A stretch of DNA of 48,617 nucleotides, taken from the IMG/VR virus record IMGVR_UViG_3300019458_000022; one strand, written 5' to 3'. This DNA is from a virus. Shown piece after piece: positions 1-10,091 of this stretch. The first letter of the stretch is position 1, and each line of letters opens with the position of its first letter. The notes under the pieces were generated by a model. It was given only the letters and a program-made list of their open reading frames with translations, was not told the origin of the DNA and did not search any database. A program made the translations under genes and the position numbers.

Positions 1-454
1 CAAGCGCTGCCTTCATCGCCGGGAATCCGATGTCCGCGAGGATGATCCTGGCCTTTCGCGCGCCCTGCATGAACACCAATTCTTCCCGACACAGCAGGCG
101 CTCGAAATCGGCGCCGCAAAGAACGATCCTGAAATCCTCCGCGGTCGCGTCCGGTCGCCGCTCAAACGGAAGCGGCGCCTGTCCGACCGGGTTCGGACGT
201 TCTTCCTGGACTTCCACCGCGACAGGCTCAACCGAGGGGGACACTCCGACCTTTGCGTCCACCGGTCTCGATGCCGGTTGAGGGCTCGGTTGCCTGGCCG
301 CGCGCCTCCGGGTTCTGCAATCCACGCACCGCTTGGGTTCGATCACCTCCGGTAGCTTTTTCTCCTCTACAAGCTGAGTCAGATATTCCCGTTCCTTGTC
401 GCTGAACTCAAACGGCTTTCTGCACTCCAGACAGAGGATAGTTTTCCCTGCCAT
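1..454 (-). CDS. Zinc-ribbon domain protein (3' end runs off the window)
   Basis: Not in the ORF track; read by hand: ATG at 454 after GGAG, MAGKTILCLECRKPFEFSDKEREYL...EPKRCVDCR (two CxxC pairs), open to the window edge. Confidence 0.75.
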   Translation of the reverse strand, partial: MAGKTILCLECRKPFEFSDKEREYLTQLVEEKKLPEVIEPKRCVDCRTRRRAARQPSPQPASRPVDAKVGVSPSVEPVAVEVQEERPNPVGQAPLPFERRPDATAEDFRIVLCGADFERLLCREELVFMQGARKARIILADIGFPAMKAAL

Positions 455-492
455 GATTTGGACTCCACGAAGTTTCCATCGAAACCATGCGG

Positions 493-1200
493 TCACCCTT
501 GAAGGCGCATGTCCTGTTTGTACCCAAAATCGACCCCGAATTCCTTGCATCGCCTGGCGATGGCCTTCACCCATTCCAGGTCGATCGGCCGCGCCCTTGG
601 CCCCGCTTCACACCCCACGAAGATCCAGTTGATCGTCGGCCCGGGATAGACCTCGACTGGCAGCCGCGGCGGCCATTCGGTCTCGGTCCAGCGCTTGAAC
701 GCCCCCCATTCCAGGAATGGCCCGAAGTCGATCGGACCGAGCGCGGGCTCCACGTTGATGAACCTCGCCGTAGCTCTGATCCTGATCAGCCACGGAAGGC
801 GCTCATTGGCAGCTTCCTGGTTCTCGGCGCTCGTGCCGAGATAGACGTTCTGAAGCGGCCAGTCCTTCGGGAGTAGGTCGGCCGCCCGATCGACGTGTTT
901 CGAGAGGATGAGGTACCGATGCTGAGGGGTTCTCCGGATGAGGTCCCACGCCTCGCCTCTCCACGCATCGGCGCCCGGCTCGAACCAGTCGGACAGGCTG
1001 CACACGTAGACGGTCTTCGGCTCCGTCCACGTAAGCGGCGCCGCGAACTCCTGTGTCCGACGTTCGAGGATGGCGGGGTTCTTCCCCTCTGCCGAAAGGA
1101 TATCGTACATGTAGCAGTTCTTGCAGCCCGCACTCACCTTGCGGCATCCGTGCCACGGATTCCAGGTCATGTTACAGAGCGTGACGCCGATTCGTCCCAT
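493..1200 (-). CDS. DUF5131 / phage Gp37-Gp68 family protein (radical-SAM-like)
   Basis: TWNPWHGCRKVSAGCKNCY three-Cys motif, SLSDWF, GTSAENQ, EPALGPID, WIFVGCEAG. Confidence 0.85.
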   Translation of the reverse strand: MGRIGVTLCNMTWNPWHGCRKVSAGCKNCYMYDILSAEGKNPAILERRTQEFAAPLTWTEPKTVYVCSLSDWFEPGADAWRGEAWDLIRRTPQHRYLILSKHVDRAADLLPKDWPLQNVYLGTSAENQEAANERLPWLIRIRATARFINVEPALGPIDFGPFLEWGAFKRWTETEWPPRLPVEVYPGPTINWIFVGCEAGPRARPIDLEWVKAIARRCKEFGVDFGYKQDMRLQG

Positions 1201-1859
1201 CAGGCACTCATGAGTTCGGAGTAGTTGAACTTCGCGCCCATGGCCTCGTGGATGGAGATGATCTCGTCCTTTTCCCCATCGACCTCCAAGAGCGTGTCAT
1301 TGTAGATGTGGATGTACTTCCGGACGCGGATTTTGCCCAGGACGAAGTCCCGGCCCTTCTGGGTCATCCGGTAATACCCGGTTTCCGGATTCCCGTCCTC
1401 CCGGTGGCCCGCGGCCTCCTCCAGGAGACCCCACCAGACGAGCTTTCCGTAGTCTCCGCAGGAATTATTGATTTTGAACTTCCAGAACCGGCGATCGACG
1501 ACGACCGAGATCGCGTGGAACCACCCCGGCTTCATGCCCTCGTGGGCGTAGAAGGCGATCATCGCCCGCGCCATCCAGGAGTTGAACTTCCGCTTGTAGA
1601 TCTTGGCGAACTGCCCGCAGCAAGGACAGATGACGCCGTCCCGGAGATTAGCGTTGAGATAGGTCTTGGCCTCGTCGAGCGTCTCGATGTCCGGGAGCGC
1701 GGGAACCTCGGGTGTAACCGGCCTCGGGGGTTCGGGTTTCGGCTGCTCGTACATGACGACCGGACCCCCGCAGGAGTCGCACTTGCAGATCGAAAGATCC
1801 TGGAAAAGCCCGACCTCGATCTCCAGGATCTTGTGGCAGAACCTACAGACGACCTTCAC
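1200..1859 (-). CDS. Hypothetical phage protein with Cys pairs and possible winged-helix C-terminus
   Basis: CRFC, CDSC, CPCCG motifs; GYYRMTQKGRDF wHTH-like wing; coupled to neighbouring genes. Confidence 0.6.
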   Translation of the reverse strand: MKVVCRFCHKILEIEVGLFQDLSICKCDSCGGPVVMYEQPKPEPPRPVTPEVPALPDIETLDEAKTYLNANLRDGVICPCCGQFAKIYKRKFNSWMARAMIAFYAHEGMKPGWFHAISVVVDRRFWKFKINNSCGDYGKLVWWGLLEEAAGHREDGNPETGYYRMTQKGRDFVLGKIRVRKYIHIYNDTLLEVDGEKDEIISIHEAMGAKFNYSELMSA

Positions 1860-2743
1860 GACGCGAGCCTCCCTTTCGGGAACTCCTGGACTCTAAGCTC
1901 GGCGGGCCATTCGTCCGGGTCCTTGCCCTCTTTGTCCTTGCAGCCCAGTTCCTTCGCGAGGACCCCGCCCTTCTGCTTCATGTGATAGGCGACGTTCGCG
2001 CGCCTGCACTGGGCGAGGATATCGCGCGCCCAGGCAGGGTCCATGCGCCTCGCGCCCGCGCCGCTTTCTCCGCCGACGATGATCCAGTCGAGGCCCGTCG
2101 TGCGATGCCAGGCCGAGTCGCTCCTCTCCATGCCATCCACGACCGCGCCGTCCGGAGCGTCTTCGAGGTCATCGGTCACGGGCACTTGCGCGCCCTGGAA
2201 CCAAGGCGAGAAGTCGATCGGACCGAGGAGAGGTTCGGCCGAGATCCAATGGACGACCGCGGGTACGTTCAGAAGCTCCGGAATACGTTCCTCGGCGCGC
2301 CGCTGGTTCTCGGCGGTCACGCCGAGCCAGACGTTGGGCCTCGGATTTTTCAGCCAGGCTTTCGGGAGCATTCGCCCGATGCAGTCCGCGCGTTTGCTCA
2401 AAAGCATCCAATCGAGGTTCGGCGTCGCCTCGATGAGAGCCCACTGCTTCTCCCTCCACGGATCGAGATCCCGCCGGTCTTCGAAGAGGTCCGCCATGCT
2501 GTAGGCGAACACCCGATCCCGGCGCCCGGCCGCAGCAGCGCGGCGATCCCACCGGAGCGGCTCGTTCCAGTGGGTTTCGCCGAAGAATCTCCGAGGCGCG
2601 CGCTGACCCCACACGTCGAAGCCCATCCGGTTCGACCACATCTCGGCATAGCAAAGATCGCAAGCGGGGCTGACCTTCTGGCATCCCCACCATCCATTGA
2701 ACGTGTGCGTGGCCCAGGAGATCCTCGTTCCTTCGCCCATCAC
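1856..2743 (-). CDS. DUF5131 / phage Gp37-Gp68 family protein (second copy)
   Basis: TRISWATHTFNGWWGCQKVSPACDLCYAE, SMADLFE, WLGVTAENQ, SAEPLLGPID, WIIVGGESG. Confidence 0.9.
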   Translation of the reverse strand: MMGEGTRISWATHTFNGWWGCQKVSPACDLCYAEMWSNRMGFDVWGQRAPRRFFGETHWNEPLRWDRRAAAAGRRDRVFAYSMADLFEDRRDLDPWREKQWALIEATPNLDWMLLSKRADCIGRMLPKAWLKNPRPNVWLGVTAENQRRAEERIPELLNVPAVVHWISAEPLLGPIDFSPWFQGAQVPVTDDLEDAPDGAVVDGMERSDSAWHRTTGLDWIIVGGESGAGARRMDPAWARDILAQCRRANVAYHMKQKGGVLAKELGCKDKEGKDPDEWPAELRVQEFPKGRLAS

Positions 2744-2772
2744 TAGCCTCCGGGTTACCGTTTTCAGCTTCT

Positions 2773-2801
2773 AGTATAGCCAGAACGGAGCCCAAAGTCC
2801 A
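2773..2801 (-). promoter_or_regulatory. Sigma70-like promoter upstream of the DUF5131 genes
   Basis: Minus strand TGGACT-17 nt-TATACT in the intergenic gap. Confidence 0.55.
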
Positions 2802-2840
2802 CACTTGTTCACATCTGTTTCGGACATCTCCGATCCACGA

Positions 2841-3164
2841 CTACGGAAAGGACGGCAAGACACCCGCCGCGAGCTTTTTCTGGACGTCTTCGATCTTGGC
2901 CTTGATCAAGCGGTAGTGCTCCTCGTCGGTAATCGTGAGATAGCCCATGCCCGTCTTCCGGTCGCCCACGACCGCGCTCTCGAAGCGCCCATTTTCGTCG
3001 CGCTTCGGTTCGGTGACCCAAACGCGCTTGATCGGGAACTCGCAGTAACGAGGTAGTTCCTTGCCGGTGAACCGGTCCCGTTCAACGGACTTGACCACGA
3101 GCACCGGGTCCCAGCGGACCTCGACCCCGAACTTCAGGACATCGCCTTCCTTCGAGACTCGCAA
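2841..3164 (-). CDS. Hypothetical protein
   Basis: 107 aa, TTG start after GGAGG, in operon orientation. Confidence 0.65.
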   Translation of the reverse strand: MRVSKEGDVLKFGVEVRWDPVLVVKSVERDRFTGKELPRYCEFPIKRVWVTEPKRDENGRFESAVVGDRKTGMGYLTITDEEHYRLIKAKIEDVQKKLAAGVLPSFP

Positions 3165-3174
3165 TGCACGCCTC

Positions 3175-4032
3175 CTATTCGATCGAGAAGGGCTGCGTCA
3201 TGTCGCCGATCCGGCGGGTGATGCGCTCCCCGAGGTGGGCCGAGAGCGCCTTCATGCTCAGGTTCGTGGCCATCGGCGTCGGGAGGCCGTACTTGTACCG
3301 GTAGTTGAAGATCCGGTACAACTCCTCGTTGAGCCAGTCGCCCATCTTCATGACCTCGATGTCGTCGATGAAAAGGATCGCCGTGCCTTTCTTCTCGACC
3401 GCATCTTCCTGGCGGTACCGCGCGACCACCCGGTCAAGGGCGTCCTCTCGCTTGCTCTTGGCGCTCTGCCGGATGTCGTGCGCGATCTCGGCGCCCTCGG
3501 TGAAGGCGATAGAACAGATTGGGAAGATCTCGCCGAAGTTCTCGTGACCGTTCCACCTCTCGATCGACGAATCGGCGGCCGACTCCTCCTGGGCACAGAC
3601 GGTGTCGATCTCTTCGCAGACCCTGGAGCAGATCGCGCGGACCGTCGCGAAGAGGATATGCGTTTTCCCCGTGCCTGACTTGCTGAGGAGGAGCGGAGCC
3701 TTGTGGTTCATGGGATCGGCGGCGAACCGCTGGCAATAGGCGAGCGCGGCAGCGCCCTTCCCGGAAAGCCAGTCCAGCTTCGCGAAGTGCGCCCGCTTCT
3801 CGAAAAGCGTGGGGACTTCGACGACGGGTTTACGAGCCTGCGCCGCGTCCCGGAGTTTCCGCCGCATCATGCCCCGCAGCGTCTCCATGCGCTCCCGGTC
3901 CCTGTCCGGACAGGGATCGGTCGTAGTCTCGCTCCTTTTCGATGCGGCGTCTTTCGAACTCGTCGCCTCCGATGCTGAAGAAGTCGCCCGCTTTTGATCC
4001 TGCATCGACGTAGCCGTTCCCGCTTCCCCCAT
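3175..4032 (-). CDS. DnaC/IstB-like AAA+ ATPase (helicase loader)
   Basis: Walker A variant SKSGTGKT, Walker B ILFIDD, IFNYRY...PTPMATN, GERITRRI; GGAGG RBS before ATG 4032. Confidence 0.85.
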   Translation of the reverse strand: MGEAGTATSMQDQKRATSSASEATSSKDAASKRSETTTDPCPDRDRERMETLRGMMRRKLRDAAQARKPVVEVPTLFEKRAHFAKLDWLSGKGAAALAYCQRFAADPMNHKAPLLLSKSGTGKTHILFATVRAICSRVCEEIDTVCAQEESAADSSIERWNGHENFGEIFPICSIAFTEGAEIAHDIRQSAKSKREDALDRVVARYRQEDAVEKKGTAILFIDDIEVMKMGDWLNEELYRIFNYRYKYGLPTPMATNLSMKALSAHLGERITRRIGDMTQPFSIE

Positions 4033-4777
4033 TCGCTGCCTCCCTCTTCCTGAATCTCTTCAATTCGCTGAAGACCTCGAACCAGTCCATCTCGCAGTAC
4101 CGGGAGTCCCTGTCGATGTTCCAGATGAGGTCGGTAGGGACTTTCTGTCTCACGAGGTCAGCGACGCAGTTCTTTATCGTCGCCATCTTCGGGCTCTTGA
4201 AGACCTTGGAGAGCTTCTCGGCGACGCGCAGGGCGAACCCGTCAATGTTTCCACCGAGTTTCCCCAAAGTTTCCACCTTTTCTCCCACTTCCCCCCCGTA
4301 CCCCCCTTCCTTATCTCCTTCTCCCCCTTCTCCCCTCTTATAAGAGGGGGAGGGCGGTTTGAAAGCTCCTAGACCATTCTCAGAATCATCGCGGAAATAC
4401 TTGAGACGCTCATTTGCGTAGTCCGGATACCTCTTCATCAGCTTCTTGTTGGGCCTCGGGAGTTTAGAGTGGTACGGGTGGTCGAGAATCTGATAGCGGA
4501 ACCACTTCGGGAAGAAAACGATCCGCTTTCCCTTGGCGGAAAAAAGCACGAAAAGGTTGCGATTGGAAATGGTTTTGAGGTCATCCTCGAAGTTCTTGAC
4601 GTCGTAGACGTCGCCCGGGAAGACCGCCGCCTTGATGTGGTCGTAGTCGGCTTCGAGCAGTCCTTCGTCGTCCGCGTTCGAGAAAGCGCCGACGAACAGA
4701 AGTCTTTGGCGGTGATTGAGTTTGATGAAGTCCGGATCGGTCCAGATTTCGGGGTGCAGCCAACGCTTCCTGGCCAT
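3830..4777 (-). CDS. Phage replication initiator / replisome organiser
   Basis: Start MARKRWLHPEIWTDPDF...RLLFVGAFSNADDEG, typical of phage initiator N-terminal domains; directly upstream of the DnaC-like gene; start trimmed from the ORF track. Confidence 0.75.
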   Translation of the reverse strand: MARKRWLHPEIWTDPDFIKLNHRQRLLFVGAFSNADDEGLLEADYDHIKAAVFPGDVYDVKNFEDDLKTISNRNLFVLFSAKGKRIVFFPKWFRYQILDHPYHSKLPRPNKKLMKRYPDYANERLKYFRDDSENGLGAFKPPSPSYKRGEGGEGDKEGGYGGEVGEKVETLGKLGGNIDGFALRVAEKLSKVFKSPKMATIKNCVADLVRQKVPTDLIWNIDRDSRYCEMDWFEVFSELKRFRKREAANGGSGNGYVDAGSKAGDFFSIGGDEFERRRIEKERDYDRSLSGQGPGAHGDAAGHDAAETPGRGAGS

Positions 4778-4796
4778 GTCCTTTCCCCTCTCGACG

Positions 4797-5060
4797 CTAG
4801 GGAAGCCCCTGGCGCGCCCGACGATCGCTTTCGAGGACCATCTCGAACGTTGGAAGGTCGTCGCGAAACCAGTACCGGATGATCCCGGCTCGTCCGCGGA
4901 TCGGAGGGAGCACCTCCCGATGGCGCTGGAGGAGCCGATCGAAAGCATCGAGGCTCAGGCCGAGGGCTCCGGCCAGGTCCCCGCTGGTCATGATCTGCTT
5001 TTCAGCCTGCTCCAAGGACTCCTCCTCCGCGGCTATGCCGACACTAAGATCTAGGTGCAT
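4797..5060 (-). CDS. Small HTH DNA-binding protein (excisionase/MerR-like)
   Basis: IMTSGDLAGALGLSLDAFDRLL...RYWF pattern. Confidence 0.5.
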   Translation of the reverse strand: MHLDLSVGIAAEEESLEQAEKQIMTSGDLAGALGLSLDAFDRLLQRHREVLPPIRGRAGIIRYWFRDDLPTFEMVLESDRRARQGLP

Positions 5061-5182
5061 TTCTGAGGGAGATCATGATCACCCGTCGCGATGATGGACC
5101 GCCGGTTCGGTGTCCGGCGGCAGCTTCCCCCTCGGTGTCACGTCGTTTTGCCCCCTCCTACTCGCGGTGTAAGGCGACGGGA

Positions 5183-5211
5183 ACTCTACCCCTCGAATCG
5201 GCTCGTGTCAA
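5183..5211 (-). promoter_or_regulatory. Sigma70-like promoter for the replication genes
   Basis: Minus strand TTGACA-17 nt-TAGAGT with an upstream T-tract. Confidence 0.65.
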
Positions 5212-5220
5212 GGAAAAAAA

Positions 5221-6669
5221 TCAGAAGTCCCCCTCCTTTTCCACGAGGTATAGCTCCTCCTTCGCCCGCGTGAAGGACACATACTGCAAGTTGCGCTCCT
5301 GCTGGACCTGCCAGTCCTTCTTCGCGTACGGGAGCGGGGTGAGTTCCGGACGGTAGACGAAGACGCGGTCGGCCTCCAGACCCTTGGCCCGGTGGATGGT
5401 CGAGCAGACGACGCCCTTCTGCTCGTCGGAGAATATCTCCTTGATAAGCGCCTTCAATTCCGGGACCGTCCGTACGCTTTCGGAAAGCACGAAGACGGTC
5501 TCGACCTTGTCGTCCAGGTTGTGCGCCTGGGCTTCTTTCTCCTGTCGATAAAGCCGGTCCATCTCCCGGGTCCGATAGTCGTCGAGCTTCTCCAGGCAGA
5601 TGCCGAGATCATCCGTGTCCATCCGCGTGACCAAGGTCAGGAGGTTCGAGGAGATGTCCTTTCCCCGCAGGATAGCCTTATGCCCCTTCCGGATGAGGGC
5701 GAGGGCGATCTTCGCGAGCGGCGCGTTGATGCGGCAGACGATGAGGTCGCCGTCCGAGACCTGTTCGAGCATCGCCTTCCCCTTGATCACCTCAAGGACG
5801 CCTTCGGGAGCGTCGTCTCTCGGCTCGATCTGGGGTACGATCGAGCGCGCCAGGCGTACATGGCTTCGCGGACAGCGGTAACAGATCGAAAGCGGAAGCT
5901 TTTTGGCGTTCAGTCGCCTGCCGATCCGTTCCATGCTCGTGGTATCGGCCCCGCTGAAGCCGTAGATCGCCTGCCGGGAGTCCCCGATCGCCACCAAGCG
6001 GCTCCGGTTCCCGAGGGCGCGTAGGACCAGTTCGCGTTGCGCCGCATTGAGATCTTGGGCTTCATCGACGCATACCCAGTCGTAGGTCCGGATTGCGAGC
6101 CGTAGCTGGAGCGGCAGCCAGACCATGTCGTCGAAATCGACCGTTTTCGTGTCCTGGAGGTCGAGCGTCAACACCTTGGGGACGGCCTCGACGACCGACG
6201 AGATCCGCTCCTTCTTGATGTCGAGTTCGTAGAAGTCGATGAGGTCCCGGAGGGCCATCTGGTCCCTTGGATCGGTGAGCGTGAGCTTCACGATCGAGCA
6301 GAGCTTCTCGATGTTGTGCCGGAGTTCGATGGTCTCGAAGGCGACGCTGTTGGTGGCCTTGGAGACCAGCCTTGGCATTTTCTTGCGATCGACGGCGCTG
6401 CCGAAGTTCCTGGCGAGCGCCAGGAATCCCAGAGAGTGGATCGTGCGGGCGTCGGCGTTCGCCGGAACGCGCGTCCTAAGCTCGTCGGCGATGTGCTTGT
6501 TGAACGAGCAGAAAAGCACGCGGCCCTTCATGTTCTCCAAGGCGCGGACGAGGGTCGTGGTCTTCCCAGACCCGGCCACGGCCTCGATCGTGGCGTGGCC
6601 GGTTCCGTGGTCACGCCAGTCGAAGATGGCCTTCTGGTAGACGCTTGGTGTCCAGCCGTTTCCGCTCAT
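5221..6669 (-). CDS. UvrD/Rep-like superfamily 1 helicase
   Basis: [54 protein letters not shown]; ATG overlaps the DnaJ stop. Confidence 0.9.
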   Translation of the reverse strand: MSGNGWTPSVYQKAIFDWRDHGTGHATIEAVAGSGKTTTLVRALENMKGRVLFCSFNKHIADELRTRVPANADARTIHSLGFLALARNFGSAVDRKKMPRLVSKATNSVAFETIELRHNIEKLCSIVKLTLTDPRDQMALRDLIDFYELDIKKERISSVVEAVPKVLTLDLQDTKTVDFDDMVWLPLQLRLAIRTYDWVCVDEAQDLNAAQRELVLRALGNRSRLVAIGDSRQAIYGFSGADTTSMERIGRRLNAKKLPLSICYRCPRSHVRLARSIVPQIEPRDDAPEGVLEVIKGKAMLEQVSDGDLIVCRINAPLAKIALALIRKGHKAILRGKDISSNLLTLVTRMDTDDLGICLEKLDDYRTREMDRLYRQEKEAQAHNLDDKVETVFVLSESVRTVPELKALIKEIFSDEQKGVVCSTIHRAKGLEADRVFVYRPELTPLPYAKKDWQVQQERNLQYVSFTRAKEELYLVEKEGDF

Positions 6670-7421
6670 TGGATCTGGATATCGCAATAGAGGTCGCCTG
6701 GCGACGTGCCGTTCGGAAGAGGTTCACCCTGTTCCTTGAGGCGGAGCCGGGTCCCGTTCGTGACGCGCGCAGGAACCGTGATCTCAAGTTGCCGGGAGAC
6801 CTTGACGATGGCCTTTCCCTTGCAATGAGCGCATTTGAAGACGATGGTCTTTCCTCTTCCCCCGCAGTCAGGGCACGACTCCTCGATCCCGATGAAGGTG
6901 ACCGTCCTCATGACGATGCCCTGACCCTTGCAGGACTTGCAGGTCGGCATCTTCGAGCCCGGCATCGAGCCGCTGCCCTTGCAGTAGATGCAGGCTTCGA
7001 GACGATCGACGATCACGCGCTTCATGCAGCCGGAAGCGGCTGCGGACGGGGTCAGGACTAAGTCGATTCGCAGGCTCGGGCCCCGTTTCGGCCGTTTCGC
7101 GTTTCCCGGCCCGAAGATGTTGCCGAAGAGGCCGTTGAGGAGTTCCTCGATCTCCGGGATATCGAAGGGCGATGTGCCGTGGGCCGAGCCATTTTTGGGC
7201 ACGGCGCCGGTCTGGTCATAGAGCCTGCGCTTCTCCGCATCCGAGAGCGCGTCATACGCTTCCGAGATCTCCTTGAACCGTTTTTCGGCCTTCGCGTCGT
7301 TCGGGTTACGGTCCGGGTGGTATTTGAGCGCAAGCTTCCTGTAGGCGGAACGGATCTCGTCCAGGTCCGCATCACGGGCAACCCCAAGCCGCGAGTAGTA
7401 ATCGTCCGTCCCGATGGTCAT
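6666..7421 (-). CDS. dnaJ: DnaJ-class co-chaperone (J domain, Zn-finger repeats, partial C-terminal domain)
   Basis: DYYSRLGV...[14 protein letters not shown] (HPD motif); four CxxCxGxG-type repeats; GDLY. Confidence 0.9.
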   Translation of the reverse strand: MTIGTDDYYSRLGVARDADLDEIRSAYRKLALKYHPDRNPNDAKAEKRFKEISEAYDALSDAEKRRLYDQTGAVPKNGSAHGTSPFDIPEIEELLNGLFGNIFGPGNAKRPKRGPSLRIDLVLTPSAAASGCMKRVIVDRLEACIYCKGSGSMPGSKMPTCKSCKGQGIVMRTVTFIGIEESCPDCGGRGKTIVFKCAHCKGKAIVKVSRQLEITVPARVTNGTRLRLKEQGEPLPNGTSPGDLYCDIQIQ

Positions 7422-8644
7422 CCGGCGTCGCTGCCCTCGTCCTCAGGCTTCGGCTCCGCCTTGAGGTTGGTGATCTTCTTCTTCCAGTACGTGTTGTCCT
7501 TCATGTACTTCTTCTTCGTCTTGGCCGGGATCGCCTCCTGGTTGAGGCGGATCTCCGTGACCCATTTGCCGCTGATCACGAAGTCGCCGATGATGATCTT
7601 GGAGTGGCCTCGTACGATCGCGCTGATCCGACCGTCCAAGTCCTTGAACGACTTCCGGAGAGGATCGAGCCGTTCGCGTTCCTGGAGCATGCCCAGGAGC
7701 TTGGCTTCCTTCTCGGGATCAAGGACGACAGGATTGAGCGCGCCCCGCGGCGTCTCCTTGAGGCACGCGGCCCGGAACGGGCACTTTTCGCAAACGGTTT
7801 CGTCATATTCGATTCGTGGCGGAAGTTCCTTGCGGGCCACGAAATCGTTCACCATGCGGGTCCGCTTGAGGAGCCAGTCCACGTACGACTGGACGAGCGG
7901 GATCGCGACCTGCTTGGGCTGCCCGGTCACCTTGTTCTTCATGTAGACCAGGCCGACCTTCGCCTCATTCTCCTTGTCGAGGACGTTGTACAGGGTGATC
8001 TGGGCCGGGACCTTCTTCAGGAACGGCTGGTCGCTTTCCAGAAAATCCTTGGCCGAATCCACGCTCGACCAGATCGCGGGCGAATAGCCCTTCGCGTCGA
8101 AGGGCGGCCGGTAGGTCCGCCCTTTCCACTTCATAACGATCTTGCCGTCGATCTTGCCCTTGATCTTGAGATCCCGATCGACGAACGGGCGCTGCTGCTC
8201 GACGACCTCGTACCCGGCTTCCGCAAGTTCCGCGTAGACCTCCTTTTCGACCCAATGCCCATGCTTGAAGATGAACATCAGGTCAGGCGGCTCGGGGAGC
8301 GCAAGTTCCGGGGAAAGCCTCTGGTAGACGATCCGGCGGATGCAGGGGTCACCGATTTCGCTCGCGCTGTTCCACTCGCTGTAGTAGGGGTCGCGGTGCC
8401 GCGTGAAGAACTTGCTCACGGTCCGGGAGATGTTCTTGTCCGGGTCATGAAGCACCGCATAGGCGAAACTCTCTGGATCTACGGGTTCGTCGAAGACCGG
8501 CGGAGGGGACGCAATCTCCTTTTCGATGACCGGTTCGGACGCCGGGATCTTGGGGGCGCCCGGAGCCGCGTCGATCTTGATATCTTCGGGTGAGGCGTCG
8601 GCTGCCGCGGCCCCGGCTCCCTTGGGTCCCTTGGTCTTCGGCAT
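7418..8644 (-). CDS. Cas4-like PD-(D/E)XK exonuclease
   Basis: [27 protein letters not shown]-terminal [10 protein letters not shown] (1+3 Cys Fe-S arrangement). Confidence 0.75.
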   Translation of the reverse strand: MPKTKGPKGAGAAAADASPEDIKIDAAPGAPKIPASEPVIEKEIASPPPVFDEPVDPESFAYAVLHDPDKNISRTVSKFFTRHRDPYYSEWNSASEIGDPCIRRIVYQRLSPELALPEPPDLMFIFKHGHWVEKEVYAELAEAGYEVVEQQRPFVDRDLKIKGKIDGKIVMKWKGRTYRPPFDAKGYSPAIWSSVDSAKDFLESDQPFLKKVPAQITLYNVLDKENEAKVGLVYMKNKVTGQPKQVAIPLVQSYVDWLLKRTRMVNDFVARKELPPRIEYDETVCEKCPFRAACLKETPRGALNPVVLDPEKEAKLLGMLQERERLDPLRKSFKDLDGRISAIVRGHSKIIIGDFVISGKWVTEIRLNQEAIPAKTKKKYMKDNTYWKKKITNLKAEPKPEDEGSDAG

Positions 8645-8645
8645 C

Positions 8646-8900
8646 CTAACCCTCCTCCAGGCTCCGTTCGATGCGCTTGACCAGGTTCGTCACCAGGTCG
8701 CATTCCGCATGTTCGCACCGGCTGACCGAGCAGCGCTCCGATAGGAGTTCCGAGCGAACCCGGTTATACACCGTTTGGGCCTCGGATCGAAGCGCTTTGT
8801 GGTGGAGCCGGATGATCGAAAGCGGGGCGTTCCTGGCGAGCCAATGGTCGAGCTTGACGCGCTCATCCGGGGACATGACCTGACCGGTTTCCTTCTGCAC
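8646..8900 (-). CDS. Hypothetical protein
   Basis: 84 aa ORF in operon orientation; start uncertain. Confidence 0.5.
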   Translation of the reverse strand: MQKETGQVMSPDERVKLDHWLARNAPLSIIRLHHKALRSEAQTVYNRVRSELLSERCSVSRCEHAECDLVTNLVKRIERSLEEG

Positions 8901-9005
8901 GTAGTAGGGGCACCCGGAGTGGAGTAGAGGGGGACCCGCAGCCCTTAGCTATCCGCAGCAGGTCTGCGTGCCCTAACTCCGGGTGCCTTTACTTCGCGCA
9001 GATGC

Positions 9006-10028
9006 TTACTTCCTGACGAGCCGTTTCCGGCCGCGTCTTTTCACGGCGCGCCGGGGCGCCGGATTGGCCGCTCGCCAGCCTTTGTAGTCCTCCTTGATCT
9101 TAGGGTAATGGAGATGGATCTGGTTCTCCGTCAGGTTGTTCCAATCGCCGCACCCGGGGTAGGTTCGCCCGTCGCCGCTCGTGAAGGCCGTCCGTCTCAT
9201 GAGGTCGTCGGCTGCCGCCTCTTCGTCCCCGCCGTTCATGATCCGGAGCAAGCGCCAGAGCTTCCGCTTCTCGCGCTCCACTTCCTTCGGAAGCTTCGGA
9301 CGCTTGCCGGTCAGGTACGCCATGTTCTGGATGCGGAGGACGTCGATCGACAGTTCCGCAAGCTCATCCGGGGAAAGGTCCCTGATCCCGAGCACTTTCA
9401 TGACCCCGTTCACGATCATGTTGGAGTAGGCGGCCTTGACGATCGAGTCCCTGCTTACCTCGGCCATCGGGACGCGACGCCGGATGTAGATCTTGGTCTC
9501 GTCCGGCGAAAGGCGCGCCTCGCCGCTGTCCAGGAACGCGATGTGCTCCGGATTCTCCCGGTTGAACGGAAGCTCCTTGTGCTCGATCGAGAAGAAATCG
9601 TCGTCGCTCGCACAGGAGCCGACCGCGTGGATGGTGCCGCTCGCCGGATGCCCGAGCCAGAAATCAGCCTCGAAGTAGATCGTAAAGCCGGGGCCATGCT
9701 CCTTGGTCCAGGACTCCTCACGCTGGACGCGGTTCTGGTAGCCCAGGACGCAATTCGATTTCACGCACTCGGCGCCCGGGGCCGTCAGAGCGAGCGTGAC
9801 CGGCTGGTTTGAGCCCTTCCGGGCGATCCAGTGCCGTGGGCGCGTCCGGGAGAGGACGTCTCGCCTGACGGCGTCCACGTAGAGCCCACGCCCTTTGTGT
9901 TCCTGGAGGAGCTTGACGTAATCGACGGCTCCCTCCGCCGGTTCGATCTTCGGGAGCGGCTCCGGTTCGGGTTTCACGGCCGCCACGATTCCTTGAGCTT
10001 CCGGGATGACCTGCTTCTCCGTGTCCAT
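9006..10028 (-). CDS. Probable single-strand annealing recombinase
   Basis: TAPGAE, AVGSCAS, SIVKAAYSNMIVNGVMKVLGI resemble phage SSAP motifs; located near the Cas4-like exonuclease; GGAGG before MDTEK. Confidence 0.5.
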   Translation of the reverse strand: MDTEKQVIPEAQGIVAAVKPEPEPLPKIEPAEGAVDYVKLLQEHKGRGLYVDAVRRDVLSRTRPRHWIARKGSNQPVTLALTAPGAECVKSNCVLGYQNRVQREESWTKEHGPGFTIYFEADFWLGHPASGTIHAVGSCASDDDFFSIEHKELPFNRENPEHIAFLDSGEARLSPDETKIYIRRRVPMAEVSRDSIVKAAYSNMIVNGVMKVLGIRDLSPDELAELSIDVLRIQNMAYLTGKRPKLPKEVEREKRKLWRLLRIMNGGDEEAAADDLMRRTAFTSGDGRTYPGCGDWNNLTENQIHLHYPKIKEDYKGWRAANPAPRRAVKRRGRKRLVRK

Positions 10029-10091
10029 CGCGACCTCCATGCTTCTCCGCTCTACTCTACGGGGATGATGTGACATGCCAGGACACAGCGA

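Noticed and set aside
3175-4032. IstB-like ATPase as an IS21 element
   Set aside because: No IstA transposase or terminal inverted repeats; it follows a phage initiator gene
7418-8644. Cas4-like gene as evidence of a CRISPR-Cas system
   Set aside because: No cas1, cas2, effector genes or array; the context is phage recombination/replication
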